Notes: generated by a model not told the origin, from the letters alone. 64,000 nucleotides of DNA from an uncultured Candidatus Micrarchaeota archaeon (GCA_963804385.1 CAWDQD010000036.1:13250-77249), one strand, 5' to 3'. Positions 9,464 through 18,593 are shown, counted from the first letter of the stretch. Numbers and translations: made by a program.

Positions 9464-10289
9464 CCTGATACCCGCTATCGGCTCGTTCCTCTCCTTCGGG
9501 ATCAACGGGACTGCCAACAAGAATTCCATGAACAAGGTCGGGCGCCACAAGGCCATAGTTTACGGTTATGCGATCATATCTATCATCCTCCTTGCAGGCG
9601 CATTGATCTTCCGGCTGGACCTTAGCATCCCGCAGCGGCTTCTGCCGCTATACGCATTGGACATAGCCATAGGTGCCGGAGCGGTCATCGCATATTACAA
9701 GGCCATGGACCTGGGCCGCGCCAGCACCACGCTCGCGCTCTCCCAGTCATACGTGCTGCTGGTGCTGCTCGCAGGCGTGCTGCTGCTCGGGGAGAAACTG
9801 AGCCTGCCCCAGATCGCGGGCTCGCTTGTCATACTGTCCTCGGCCATCGCGATCAGCATCCCCAAAGGCGGGCGGCTGGAAGGTGGGACCATCTTCCTTC
9901 CTATCACGATCATCGGCTGGACCGCGTATTACTCCATCATAAAGGTCTTCGTGGATGCCATGGGGCCGTACAGTGCGACGGTCGTTCTCGAATCCGGGAT
10001 TTTCGTAGTGGTGTCGCTGTTCTATCTCGCCAGGGGGAAGGACCTCTCATTGCCGGATAAAAAAGGATGGCCGAGCATCGGTGTGCAGCAGGTCGCCGCC
10101 TGCTTCGGCGCGGTCCTCTATTCCATGTCGGTCCTCGCGATAGGTGCTGGCCTCACAGCCGCAATAGGGTCCGGCAGCCTGATTGTCAATTCCATAGCGT
10201 CTTATTTCTGGCTCAATGAGAAGCTGGATACCCGCACATACCTGGCCATAGTGGCCATGGTCGTGGGCTTGATACTGATAGCGATATGA
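9456..10289 (+). CDS. EamA/DMT-superfamily transporter
   Basis: 277 aa with about 9-10 hydrophobic helices arranged as two similar halves. It overlaps thpR by 8 nt. Confidence 0.6.
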   Translation: MADLIPAIGSFLSFGINGTANKNSMNKVGRHKAIVYGYAIISIILLAGALIFRLDLSIPQRLLPLYALDIAIGAGAVIAYYKAMDLGRASTTLALSQSYVLLVLLAGVLLLGEKLSLPQIAGSLVILSSAIAISIPKGGRLEGGTIFLPITIIGWTAYYSIIKVFVDAMGPYSATVVLESGIFVVVSLFYLARGKDLSLPDKKGWPSIGVQQVAACFGAVLYSMSVLAIGAGLTAAIGSGSLIVNSIASYFWLNEKLDTRTYLAIVAMVVGLILIAI

Positions 10290-10317
10290 GAAAAAGAGGA
10301 AAATGAAAAAGAAAAAA

Positions 10318-11241
10318 TCAGCCGAGCAGCGAGGCCAGCGTCTGGTTGATGTTCGCGTATTGCGGGCTCGCGAGGATGACGTACGTCTTCTGGTCGCTCG
10401 TGAGACCCCAATTGAAGCCGCCTGCCGCAGCTGCCGCGGAGACCTTATCTTTCGTGACCTTGCTCGCATCCACGAGGATATAGAATGTAGGCGTGCCCGC
10501 GCTGCCGGTGTTGGCTTCCGAGACGGTCTGCCATTCGCTCGTGAACTCGCTGACTTCCGAAACGTACGTGTTGTTGCTCAAGCACGCGGTGAATGCTGCG
10601 GTGTTCAGTCCGGTCACATTGGCCGCGATGGTCGTGAGGTTGGAGATGGAGTATTTACCATCGTCCTCGTTCGGGTCCTGGGCGTTGAACAGGGCGTTGT
10701 ACATGCCCCAGAACTTGCCCTGGGCGCCGGCGCACATTGACGCATCGGCCGCATTCGTGGATTCCTGCCCCAGGAATGCGAGCGGCATGACCTGGAAGTT
10801 GGCCTTGCCGGTCGTGACATAGTCGCTCTCGTATTGCTGCACGGTGCCGGTGATATCGGCGTATTGGGCCGAGTATTCCTTGCCCCACGCCAATCCGCAG
10901 TACGGGCACTGGAAGTCGAAGAACTCCAATACGGTGACCGCGTTGCTCGGAGAGCCCTCGAGCGGAGCTATGCTCAGAGACTGGGGGATCTGCATCGTAG
11001 TGCCCGATGTGGGTGCAGCTTGGGTCGGCTGCGTGGGCTGGGTCGGCTGTTGCTGGGCCGCTTGAGCAGTGTTATTAGTCCCTGACGGGCAGGTCGTGTT
11101 GCAGACCGGGCATGCCGCAGGTGCGGATTTTGCCAATCCGAACCCTTGCGTGAATATGGATAGCACAACGAGGCAGGCGAGTATGACGATCGCCGCTCCA
11201 TAAAGCGTATCCTTTCCAACAGTAACTGTGTTTTCAGCCAA
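10318..11241 (-). CDS. Membrane-anchored DsbA-like thiol:disulfide oxidoreductase, paralog 1
   Basis: Thioredoxin-fold active site FFDFQCPYCG, an N-terminal TM anchor AAIVILACLVVLSIF, and a CPVCNTTCPSG motif plus a QPTQPTQPTQ linker. The start is set to TTG 11241 (MAEN...), which is shared with paralog 2 and lies 4-5 nt after GAGGTGAT. The ORF track uses GTG 11250. Confidence 0.75.
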   Translation of the reverse strand: MAENTVTVGKDTLYGAAIVILACLVVLSIFTQGFGLAKSAPAACPVCNTTCPSGTNNTAQAAQQQPTQPTQPTQAAPTSGTTMQIPQSLSIAPLEGSPSNAVTVLEFFDFQCPYCGLAWGKEYSAQYADITGTVQQYESDYVTTGKANFQVMPLAFLGQESTNAADASMCAGAQGKFWGMYNALFNAQDPNEDDGKYSISNLTTIAANVTGLNTAAFTACLSNNTYVSEVSEFTSEWQTVSEANTGSAGTPTFYILVDASKVTKDKVSAAAAAGGFNWGLTSDQKTYVILASPQYANINQTLASLLG

Positions 11242-11347
11242 ACATATCACCTCAACTAGGGAATAAGCAGCGGTACTATCCGTTGCAGGTATTTAATTGT
11301 ATTGAAATGGTTCAGAAAAAGAAGATAGAAAAAAGAAAGGGGCGGTC

Positions 11348-12220
11348 TCAGTACGAGACCTTGCTCAGCACCGCATCGAACGCCGCATACGGGAACGCGC
11401 CTGGAACGAGGACGATGTAGTCGTCGGTGTTCTCGTAGAGCGTCAAAGCACCCGCGCCATATTGCTGGTTCAATGCGCTCACTGCCGATGATATCGTATC
11501 ATTGCTGATCTTCGATTTCGGCACGATGATGAACGATGCGGGTGTACCCTGCACGCCGTATGTCTGGCCTTCCGCCTCATCAGCGTTTATAGCGTTCAGC
11601 GGCGTCTGGCTGGCATAGCAGCTCGCGAAGGTCGCGTTGTTGAGCCCGATTGCTTGAGCGTACTGGTAGAAGTACGAGCTCGGGTCCGAGGCTCCGCTCC
11701 AGTTAGCCTGGTTGGAGAACAGCTCGTCGTGCATCGCCCAGAACTGGTTCTGAGCGGCCGCGCATCCTGCGGCTATGGCTGCTGGCATCGCATTGGGGTG
11801 GAAGCTCAGCGGGAAGTTCCTGAAGTATATCTGGACCTTTCCCGAACTTACGTAGTTCGTCCTGATCCCGGCTTCTGCATCACCGTATAGCCTGCTGCAA
11901 TACGGGCACTGGAAGTCCGAGAACTGGACTATCGTGACCGGTGCGCTGGCCTGGCCTAGGGCAGGGTAGTTCCCGACAGCCACGCTAAGGCCGGGTGTCG
12001 AAGGCTGTGTGGGCTGCGTATTGTTAGCGAGATTTCCTGTCCCGCTCGGGCAGGTCGTGTTGCAGACCGGGCATGTGGTCACGGGTTTAACGACACCGAA
12101 GCCCTGCGTGAAGATAGATACCACAAGAAGGCATGCGAGTATGACGATCGCCGCTCCATAAAGAGTATCGGTTCCGATAGTGACTGAATCTTTTTTCGTA
12201 TTTCCAACATTTTCCGCCAA
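11348..12220 (-). CDS. Membrane-anchored DsbA-like thiol:disulfide oxidoreductase, paralog 2
   Basis: Active site FSDFQCPYCS with the same N-terminal anchor and the same CPVCNTTCPSG motif. It uses a TTG start after GAGGTGAT. Confidence 0.75.
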   Translation of the reverse strand: MAENVGNTKKDSVTIGTDTLYGAAIVILACLLVVSIFTQGFGVVKPVTTCPVCNTTCPSGTGNLANNTQPTQPSTPGLSVAVGNYPALGQASAPVTIVQFSDFQCPYCSRLYGDAEAGIRTNYVSSGKVQIYFRNFPLSFHPNAMPAAIAAGCAAAQNQFWAMHDELFSNQANWSGASDPSSYFYQYAQAIGLNNATFASCYASQTPLNAINADEAEGQTYGVQGTPASFIIVPKSKISNDTISSAVSALNQQYGAGALTLYENTDDYIVLVPGAFPYAAFDAVLSKVSY

Positions 12221-12290
12221 AATATCACCTCAACTAGGGAATAAGTAGCGGGTACTGCTCGCTGCAGGTATTTAATTGTTTTGAAATGCT

Positions 12291-13382
12291 TCAGGGAACG
12301 ATAGCGTTCCCGCCCAGTTTTTTCGCCGCACCCAGCCGGAGCACGCACTCATCAAGCATCTTACGCCAGCCGACGCCCGCAGCGCTGCTGGCGATGCCGA
12401 AGCTGCAGGTGGCGCGGATATCGTCTTCTAGGGGCAGATCCAGGGAAAACGGTTCGCCTGCCACGGAGAGCCGCAACCAGTCGGCTATCTTGGCCGCTTC
12501 GGCTGCGGGCATCTGGAGCAACACGGCGAACTCATCGTGCTTCAGGGAGGGATTGGCTCCGGCTTCCGATTCTTTCCTGGCCCCATGCAGGAATTTGCTC
12601 TTCCCGGGCCTGAAGACCACGCTGCCCTTGTAACCGAGGACGGCCAGCTCATCGCGGAACCGATCCGCCACCCCCGCCAGCACGATGTCCCCTGCGGCAT
12701 AGCCATGGGTGGTGTTCAACTGCTTGAGGTCGTCTATGTCTGCGAGTATTATCGAGAATTCCTTGGATTCTCTCATGAAAGCGGCTTCAGCGGCTTGCGC
12801 GGCAGCCTCGAACGCCGCCGAGTTGGGAAGCAGCGTAAGGGCCCCTATGCGCGTGTGGAGCGCGTCGGAGAACAGGGCGCCGAGCTTGTTCATGATCAGC
12901 AGGGTCTCGCTTTCCGATGCATCCTGCACGCTGAGCTCCCTTTTGGAGAATATCATCAGGTTGTCTGCGAGATCCTCATCGGTCTTGAGCACGATGTCGG
13001 TCATCACCGCATGGCGCAGCGACTCGCACTCGTCCCCGCTCGAGACGGGAACGATGTGGTTTATCATCATCCTCCGGTCCGTGAAGCCCCTCACATAGCG
13101 GGTGTACCCCGGCCTCGCATCCGCGGTCGCGAGCTCCACCGCGATCACCCCATCGAAGGTCGCCGGAATCAGCTCCATGAGCTCGAAAAGGCTCGAACTC
13201 CCCGCGCATTTTTCTATCTTCTGCTTGGCGCTGAGATACCCGTTGGATGGAGATGGCGGTTCGGCCATGACCTGGCCGCCCCTGAACAAGCGTGGCCTGC
13301 GGATGTTCTGGGGGGAGGGAGCGGATTCGAAAACCCGGGCGAGGGTGATGGGGATGTCTACCATGTCGATCAACTTGAGCAA
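12291..13382 (-). CDS. GGDEF-fold (diguanylate-cyclase-like) protein with a degenerate, split signature motif and an unknown N-terminal domain
   Basis: The C-terminal half follows the GGDEF domain pattern: ILADIDDLKQLNTTHGYAAGDIVL ... VVFRPG-[about 22 aa]-KHDEFAVLL ... SFGIAS ... RLGAAKKLGGNAIV. No canonical GG(D/E)EF motif is present. Confidence 0.6.
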   Translation of the reverse strand: MLKLIDMVDIPITLARVFESAPSPQNIRRPRLFRGGQVMAEPPSPSNGYLSAKQKIEKCAGSSSLFELMELIPATFDGVIAVELATADARPGYTRYVRGFTDRRMMINHIVPVSSGDECESLRHAVMTDIVLKTDEDLADNLMIFSKRELSVQDASESETLLIMNKLGALFSDALHTRIGALTLLPNSAAFEAAAQAAEAAFMRESKEFSIILADIDDLKQLNTTHGYAAGDIVLAGVADRFRDELAVLGYKGSVVFRPGKSKFLHGARKESEAGANPSLKHDEFAVLLQMPAAEAAKIADWLRLSVAGEPFSLDLPLEDDIRATCSFGIASSAAGVGWRKMLDECVLRLGAAKKLGGNAIVP

Positions 13383-13514
13383 AGCTGGGGATTGTTCTAT
13401 TCTGAGTGAGGTGGGAAGAATTTATAAAACATGCTTCAATTGCGTTGACGAATCCGGTTGCGCTGGCCACCCAAAACCTGTATATATATTAGCGAAGGAT
13501 ATGGAATCGATTCT

Positions 13515-14210
13515 ATGGTTTCTCTTGACAAGGCAGTGATCGCTTCATACGAAAGGGCCGGAGTGAGATTCGAGATATATGTCGATCCGGATGCGGCGTA
13601 CGCTTACCTGGAGAAGAAAAAACCGGACCTGAAGAACATCCTGGTCGCCGAAGAGGTGTACTCGGATGCGCATAAAGGCGAGAAGGCGAAGCCGAGCGAC
13701 ATACAGAAGGCTTTCGGCTCCACGGACATAATGGCCATCCTGGAATTCGTGCTCAAGAACGGCGAGGTCCAGCTCACCACCGAGCAGAGGCGCAAGAAGG
13801 TCGAGGAGAAGCGCAAGCAGGTGATCGCGATCCTCCTGCGCGAGGCTATAGACCCGAGAACGAATACCCCCCACACGCAGATTAGGATAGAGAACGCGCT
13901 CGAGCAGGCGAAGGTGCATTTCGACCCCTTCAGGGACCCGCGCGAGCAGCTGACCGACATAGTGAAGGAGCTCCGCCCGATCCTCCCGATGAAATTCGAG
14001 AAGATAAAGGTCGCGGTGAAGGTGCCGGCGCAGTTCGCCAACAAATGCTACGGGACCCTCAAGAGCTATGGCATCCAGAAGGAGGAATGGACCAAAAGCG
14101 GCGACCTCGTCGTGGTGGTCGAGATATTCGGCGGCCTCGCCGGTGAGTTCTACGACAAGCTGAACAAGCAGACAGGCGGCCAGGTCGAGACTAAGCAGCT
14201 CCCTAGCTGA
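13515..14210 (+). CDS. SBDS-family ribosome maturation protein (Sdo1)
   Basis: MVSLDKAVIASYERAGVRFEIYVDPDAAYAYLE is typical of archaeal SBDS, and the gene sits at the head of the exosome superoperon. ATG 13515 is preferred over the upstream ATG at 13458. Confidence 0.85.
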   Translation: MVSLDKAVIASYERAGVRFEIYVDPDAAYAYLEKKKPDLKNILVAEEVYSDAHKGEKAKPSDIQKAFGSTDIMAILEFVLKNGEVQLTTEQRRKKVEEKRKQVIAILLREAIDPRTNTPHTQIRIENALEQAKVHFDPFRDPREQLTDIVKELRPILPMKFEKIKVAVKVPAQFANKCYGTLKSYGIQKEEWTKSGDLVVVVEIFGGLAGEFYDKLNKQTGGQVETKQLPS

Positions 14211-14320
14211 AGATACAGCAGATTCTTCTCCATTATTAGATGCGCTAGCACACACCTTTAAATATTGTCCGCCCACAAATCGACATTTGTAATCTGCATT
14301 TCCATCGCAGGGGCAATACC

Positions 14321-15793
14321 ATGAAGATCGCTCAGATTCCAAAAAGACAGGACGGTTTTATCGACGTCCCGGTGATAATCCGGGCCAACCGCGTAAGGGA
14401 ATTCTACCCGGGGCTCATCGACAACGGACGGATGCGCCAGGAGGATTTCCCGTCACTCATGAGCTCCGGCAGGCGCTACTTCGATTCCGCGGCAACGAGC
14501 CAGGAGCCCCTCAGCGTGAGGAAAAAAATGCTCGACTACGCTTTGACCCATGCGCGGGGCAGCAACCATTCGAAAAATTCCAGAGAGGCGAGGGAAGCGC
14601 AAGGGATGTATGACGATGCGAAGGCCAAGCTCGCGCATCTTCTGCATGCCGGGGATTACCTGACGGCTTTCACCGCCGGGACCACAGACTCCTCGAATTG
14701 GGTGGCGACGAGGTTCCCTTTCGAGAAGGGGGACCTGCTCCTGCTGAGCGAGCTCGAGCACAATTCACAGATACTCACCGCGAGGAATTCCGCGAGAAGG
14801 GCCGGGGCTGATGTGAAATACATCCCGGTCTCGGTGCCTGATGGGGCGCTGGACCTGGATTACATACGCCGCGTGGTGGAATCCAGAAAGCATGGGAAGA
14901 TATTGATCAACCTCGTGCAGGCATCCAATCTCACCGGAACCGTAAGCCCGGTCATGGATATCAGGCGGATCGTAGGGGATCGCGCGTACATCTACCTCGA
15001 CATGGCGCAATCCGCGGGCCACATGATCGTAGACCTGAACGCGCTCGATGTGGATTTCGCCGGCGTCTCGGCGCACAAGATGAACGGACCGATGGGCATC
15101 GGAGCGATCTTCATTAACAGCAGGAGCAAGCGGGCCGAGAGGATCCTCGGCAACCACGTGAGCGGCGGAAGCGCGGTCGAGCTCGTGTCCAGGGATGTCA
15201 CGGTCTACGAAAAAGGCCTGCGGAGATTCGAGCCGGGGACGCAGGATATAGAAGGCGCCATAGAATGGGGCTTCGCGATTGACTATATATCCCGTCTCGG
15301 GATGGACTGGATCAGGTGCCACGACAAGGCTCTGGGCGGATATTTCATGGGCGAGCTGCAGAAGATAGAGGGCGTGCGGATCTACGGGCCGCAGTCCCCG
15401 GAGAACCGCAGCGGCATCGTGACATTCAACATAGGTTCGTTCTTGAGGAAGAATTATGAGAAGGTCGCCATCCGCCTCGACGAGCTGGGAGACAGCGTAC
15501 GGGACGGCTGCTTCTGCGTCCATATCGGGACCGCGAAGCTCCTCGGCATCAGCAAGGTCCAGAACGCACGCGCATGGCTATTGCAGCATGGCATGACCCA
15601 AAAGTTCCTGAACCTCCCTAATCTATTGGTGAAGCTTCCGGGCGCGGTTAGGTTCTCCTTCACGTTCTACAACACGCTTGAAGAGGTCCACCAGGCGGTA
15701 TTGGACGTGCGGCAGGTCAGGGACGAGATTTTCGGGGTGCGCCCGCGCGCCGGGTCCGGCCAAGCCGAGAACATCGCGCCTCCACAGCCATAG
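14321..15793 (+). CDS. Class V aminotransferase / cysteine desulfurase-like PLP enzyme
   Basis: PLP-lysine motif SAHKMNGPMGIGAIF, plus FDSAATSQ, HNSQIL and a C-terminal RDGCFCVH reminiscent of the SufS/NifS active-site Cys loop. Both termini are extended (490 aa). Confidence 0.7.
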   Translation: MKIAQIPKRQDGFIDVPVIIRANRVREFYPGLIDNGRMRQEDFPSLMSSGRRYFDSAATSQEPLSVRKKMLDYALTHARGSNHSKNSREAREAQGMYDDAKAKLAHLLHAGDYLTAFTAGTTDSSNWVATRFPFEKGDLLLLSELEHNSQILTARNSARRAGADVKYIPVSVPDGALDLDYIRRVVESRKHGKILINLVQASNLTGTVSPVMDIRRIVGDRAYIYLDMAQSAGHMIVDLNALDVDFAGVSAHKMNGPMGIGAIFINSRSKRAERILGNHVSGGSAVELVSRDVTVYEKGLRRFEPGTQDIEGAIEWGFAIDYISRLGMDWIRCHDKALGGYFMGELQKIEGVRIYGPQSPENRSGIVTFNIGSFLRKNYEKVAIRLDELGDSVRDGCFCVHIGTAKLLGISKVQNARAWLLQHGMTQKFLNLPNLLVKLPGAVRFSFTFYNTLEEVHQAVLDVRQVRDEIFGVRPRAGSGQAENIAPPQP

Positions 15794-15920
15794 CCGGCCC
15801 ATGCCGTCATTTAAAAATATTTCCATTTAACTATCAAACCAGAGAGACAGAAAGGAAGAATATCGATTCTCCTTATGGGTTGCTGGATCCCCGATTAAAT
15901 CCTGTAAATGAGGTCATAGA

Positions 15921-16610
15921 ATGGAAAGGACGATAGTTTTACCAGGAGAGAAGATAGCCGACGGCAGGGTGAACGCCCCCAACACTTTTTCCAATGAGAG
16001 CGGGACGTATGCAGCGGTCGTCGGGATGAGAGACGAGGAAGGGCGATACATACCGCTCGAGAACAGATACAGGCCTACGGTCGGCGACGTGGTCGTCGGC
16101 ATGGTGACCGACGTGAGACACGCCGGATACGAGGTGGACCTGAACCTGCCCCAAGGCGGTTTCATCCCCACGCGCGACGTGCGCCTCACGCTCCAGCTCG
16201 GCGATTTCGTGATATGCCGCGTGAAGATGGTGAACGAGGTCGGCGACGTGGACCTGGGCGAGGTCAGACGCCTGCCCAAGGGCAAAATCATAGAGTTCCC
16301 TTCGGCCAAGGTGCCGCGGCTGATCGGCCGCAAGAGCAGCATGATAAGCCTGCTCAAGGACTACACCGGCGGAGACATCATGGTAGGCAACAACGGGTAC
16401 GTCTGGATAAGCGAGAACTCGGACATGCCATTACTGCTGAAAACGATAAAGCTCATAGAGAGGAAAGCCCACAAATCAGGCCTCACGGACGAGGTCGCGA
16501 ACATGCTCGCGGCAGCCAAAGGCGGTCCTGTCAGGACGCGCGAGCAGATAGAGGGCGGGATTGCCCCGAGCGAAGAAGCCGGGGATGAGCAGAGATTCGA
16601 GCAAAGGTGA
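15921..16610 (+). CDS. rrp4: Exosome RNA-binding subunit Rrp4
   Basis: VLPGEKIA N-terminal domain, S1 domain (VGDVVVGMVTDV...YEVDL) and KH motif IGRKSSMISLL. It has the expected synteny with rrp41 and rrp42. Confidence 0.9.
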   Translation: MERTIVLPGEKIADGRVNAPNTFSNESGTYAAVVGMRDEEGRYIPLENRYRPTVGDVVVGMVTDVRHAGYEVDLNLPQGGFIPTRDVRLTLQLGDFVICRVKMVNEVGDVDLGEVRRLPKGKIIEFPSAKVPRLIGRKSSMISLLKDYTGGDIMVGNNGYVWISENSDMPLLLKTIKLIERKAHKSGLTDEVANMLAAAKGGPVRTREQIEGGIAPSEEAGDEQRFEQR

Positions 16611-16614
16611 AACA

Positions 16615-17358
16615 ATGGGCGGAAAAAGCGATATCCAACTGATAGTCAATGGGAAAAGGACAGACGGCCGGGGCATGGAAGACCTCCGCGACCTCCGAAT
16701 CGAGGTCGGCGTGATCCCTGAAGCGGACGGATCGGCTTACGTGCAGTGGGGCGGCAACAAGATCGTGTGCGGCGTCTATGGACCCAGGGAGTGCATCCCG
16801 AGGCATGACGCGAGCCCGTACCACGCTCTCGTGAAATGCAGGTACATGATGTCCCCGTTCTCATCCCTCGAGGAGCACAGCAGGAGCGGCCCTTCCAGGA
16901 GGAGCAACGAGCTCTCCAAGGTCATACGCGAAGCATTCGAGAACCTCGTGATAGCGGAGAAATTCCCGAACACGCAGATAGACATCTACATCGATGTCCT
17001 CCAGGCCGACGGCGGCACGAGAACCGCGTCCATCACGGCTGCGTCGGTCGCGCTCGCGAACGCGGGGATCCCGATGAAGGACATGGTCGCCGCAGTGGCG
17101 GTCGGCAAGGCCGGCGAGACGCTCGCGCTAGATTTGAACAAATTGGAAGACAACTTCGGGCAATCGGACATGCCGATAGCCATATCGCACCGGGACAGGA
17201 AGATCCTGCTCGTGCAGATGGACGGCCTGCTCACGAAAGACCAGGTCATCCAGGCATTGGACATGGCCGAACGCGGTTGCGACAAGGTACACGAAGTGCA
17301 GGCGGATGCGCTCAAACGATTCTACGAGAAGGGCGAGAAAGAGAAGATGCAGTGGTGA
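16615..17358 (+). CDS. rrp41: Exosome catalytic subunit Rrp41 (RNase PH fold)
   Basis: RTDGRGMEDLRDLRIEVGV...ADGSAYVQWGGNKIVCGVYGP is the RNase PH signature. The ATG lies 5 nt after the rrp4 stop. Confidence 0.9.
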   Translation: MGGKSDIQLIVNGKRTDGRGMEDLRDLRIEVGVIPEADGSAYVQWGGNKIVCGVYGPRECIPRHDASPYHALVKCRYMMSPFSSLEEHSRSGPSRRSNELSKVIREAFENLVIAEKFPNTQIDIYIDVLQADGGTRTASITAASVALANAGIPMKDMVAAVAVGKAGETLALDLNKLEDNFGQSDMPIAISHRDRKILLVQMDGLLTKDQVIQALDMAERGCDKVHEVQADALKRFYEKGEKEKMQW

Positions 17359-17362
17359 TGAC

Positions 17363-18157
17363 ATGGGAGAAGAAGTAAGAGACATCATAATGTCCCATAT
17401 AAGAAGGGACGTCATGGGAAATACACTCAGCAAAGGCATCAGGTTCGACGGCAGGGGCTTCAGCGACATGAGACCCGTGACCATCCAGCGCGGCGTGATA
17501 ACGACCGCGGAAGGATCCGCCATCGCGACGATAGGCGACACGACCGTGCTGGTAGCCAACAAATTCGACGTGCTCAAGCCGTTCGCGGACAGGCCCAAGG
17601 AAGGCGTGCTCATGACGAACGCGGAGCTGCTCCCGAGCGCATCGGCGAGATTCGAACCAGGTCCTCCGGACGAGAATTCGATCGAGATGGCGAGGGTCGT
17701 CGACCGAGCGGTCAGGAGCGCGGAGTGCGTGGATGTGAAATCATTCTTCATCGAGGACGACAAGGTCCTCGGGCTCTACATGGACATATATGTCATGAAC
17801 GACGCTGGCAACTACACCGACGCGGCATCCATCGCGGCGGCTGCGGCCCTCATGGACACCAGGATACCGAAGGTCGAGAACGCGAAGATAGTGAGGGGTG
17901 AATACGAGAAGTCCCTCAACCCGCAGGTGCTTCCGGTCACGACCACGATGATCAAGGTCGGGAACAGCTGGCTCGTGGACCCCTCGAGGGAGGAGGAGCG
18001 CGTGCTGGAGACCAAGATGACGATCGGGACCACCGAGGAGCACGTCTGCGCGATGCAGAAATCCAAGGGCGCCCTATCGAGGGATGAGCTCCTGGAGCTC
18101 ATAGACATAGCATTTAAAACCGGAAACGACATAAGAGAGTTGCTCAAGAGGGATTAA
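17363..18157 (+). CDS. rrp42: Exosome subunit Rrp42 (RNase PH fold)
   Basis: RFDGRGFSDMRPVTIQRGVITTAEGSAIATIGDTTVLV, supported by synteny. The ATG lies 5 nt after the rrp41 stop. Confidence 0.9.
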   Translation: MGEEVRDIIMSHIRRDVMGNTLSKGIRFDGRGFSDMRPVTIQRGVITTAEGSAIATIGDTTVLVANKFDVLKPFADRPKEGVLMTNAELLPSASARFEPGPPDENSIEMARVVDRAVRSAECVDVKSFFIEDDKVLGLYMDIYVMNDAGNYTDAASIAAAAALMDTRIPKVENAKIVRGEYEKSLNPQVLPVTTTMIKVGNSWLVDPSREEERVLETKMTIGTTEEHVCAMQKSKGALSRDELLELIDIAFKTGNDIRELLKRD

Positions 18158-18158
18158 A

Positions 18159-18395
18159 ATGCACACTCAGAAATACGGAGCCTCGATAAGGAAGGCCGTT
18201 GACAAGCAGATATTAGCCAAGCGATCGCGCTACGAATGCCCGAAATGCCACAAGCTGAAGCTGGTGCGCAAGGCGAACGCGCTCTGGAAATGCAAGGGCT
18301 GCGAAGCGGTCTTCGCAGGTGCGGCATATTCCTTCACGAGCGAAGCGGGCGAGATCGCCACGCGCATGATAGCGGAATTCGCGAAATCATCCTGA
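18159..18395 (+). CDS. rpl37ae: Ribosomal protein eL43 (L37Ae)
   Basis: YGASIRK...YECPKCHK...WKCKGCEAVFAGAAY is a zinc-ribbon ribosomal protein signature, and the gene is in the expected superoperon position. Confidence 0.9.
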   Translation: MHTQKYGASIRKAVDKQILAKRSRYECPKCHKLKLVRKANALWKCKGCEAVFAGAAYSFTSEAGEIATRMIAEFAKSS

Positions 18396-18405
18396 GGTGT
18401 ATCGA

Positions 18406-18543
18406 ATGGCAGAATACAAGGATCTGAAAACAGGGGCCACAGTCACGGTCGCTGGCGGGGACAAGTTCGTCTTCCCGACGACCGGGGCGAAGATACTTCT
18501 CAAGATAACGCCCCCGATCGTGAGAGAGTTCAAGACGGACTGA
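18406..18543 (+). CDS. Small conserved-position ORF, possible cysteine-less RNA polymerase subunit Rpo12/RpoP homolog
   Basis: A 45-aa ORF not present in the supplied track: MAEYKDLKTGATVTVAGGDKFVFPTTGAKILLKITPPIVREFKTD. It occupies the slot directly after rpl37ae where rpoP normally sits. Its C-terminal G.KILLK..PP.V.EF resembles the RpoP/Rpb12 tail, but all four zinc-binding Cys are absent. Confidence 0.4.
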   Translation: MAEYKDLKTGATVTVAGGDKFVFPTTGAKILLKITPPIVREFKTD

Positions 18544-18559
18544 TTTTTCCTATTTTTTT
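18544..18559 (+). terminator. Oligo-T tract (T5 and T7), candidate archaeal terminator
   Basis: The sequence tttttcctattttttt lies immediately after the stop codon at 18541-18543. Confidence 0.4.
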
Positions 18560-18593
18560 ATTCCTGGTTTTTATCCAAAGAAGGGGGATTCAG

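Noticed and set aside
11020-11060. A short tandem DNA repeat (gggctgggtcggctg-like) that might be a repeat element.
   Set aside because: It encodes the QPTQPTQPTQ linker of DsbA-like paralog 1. It is only about 3 units long and has no spacers, so it is not a CRISPR array or a mobile element.
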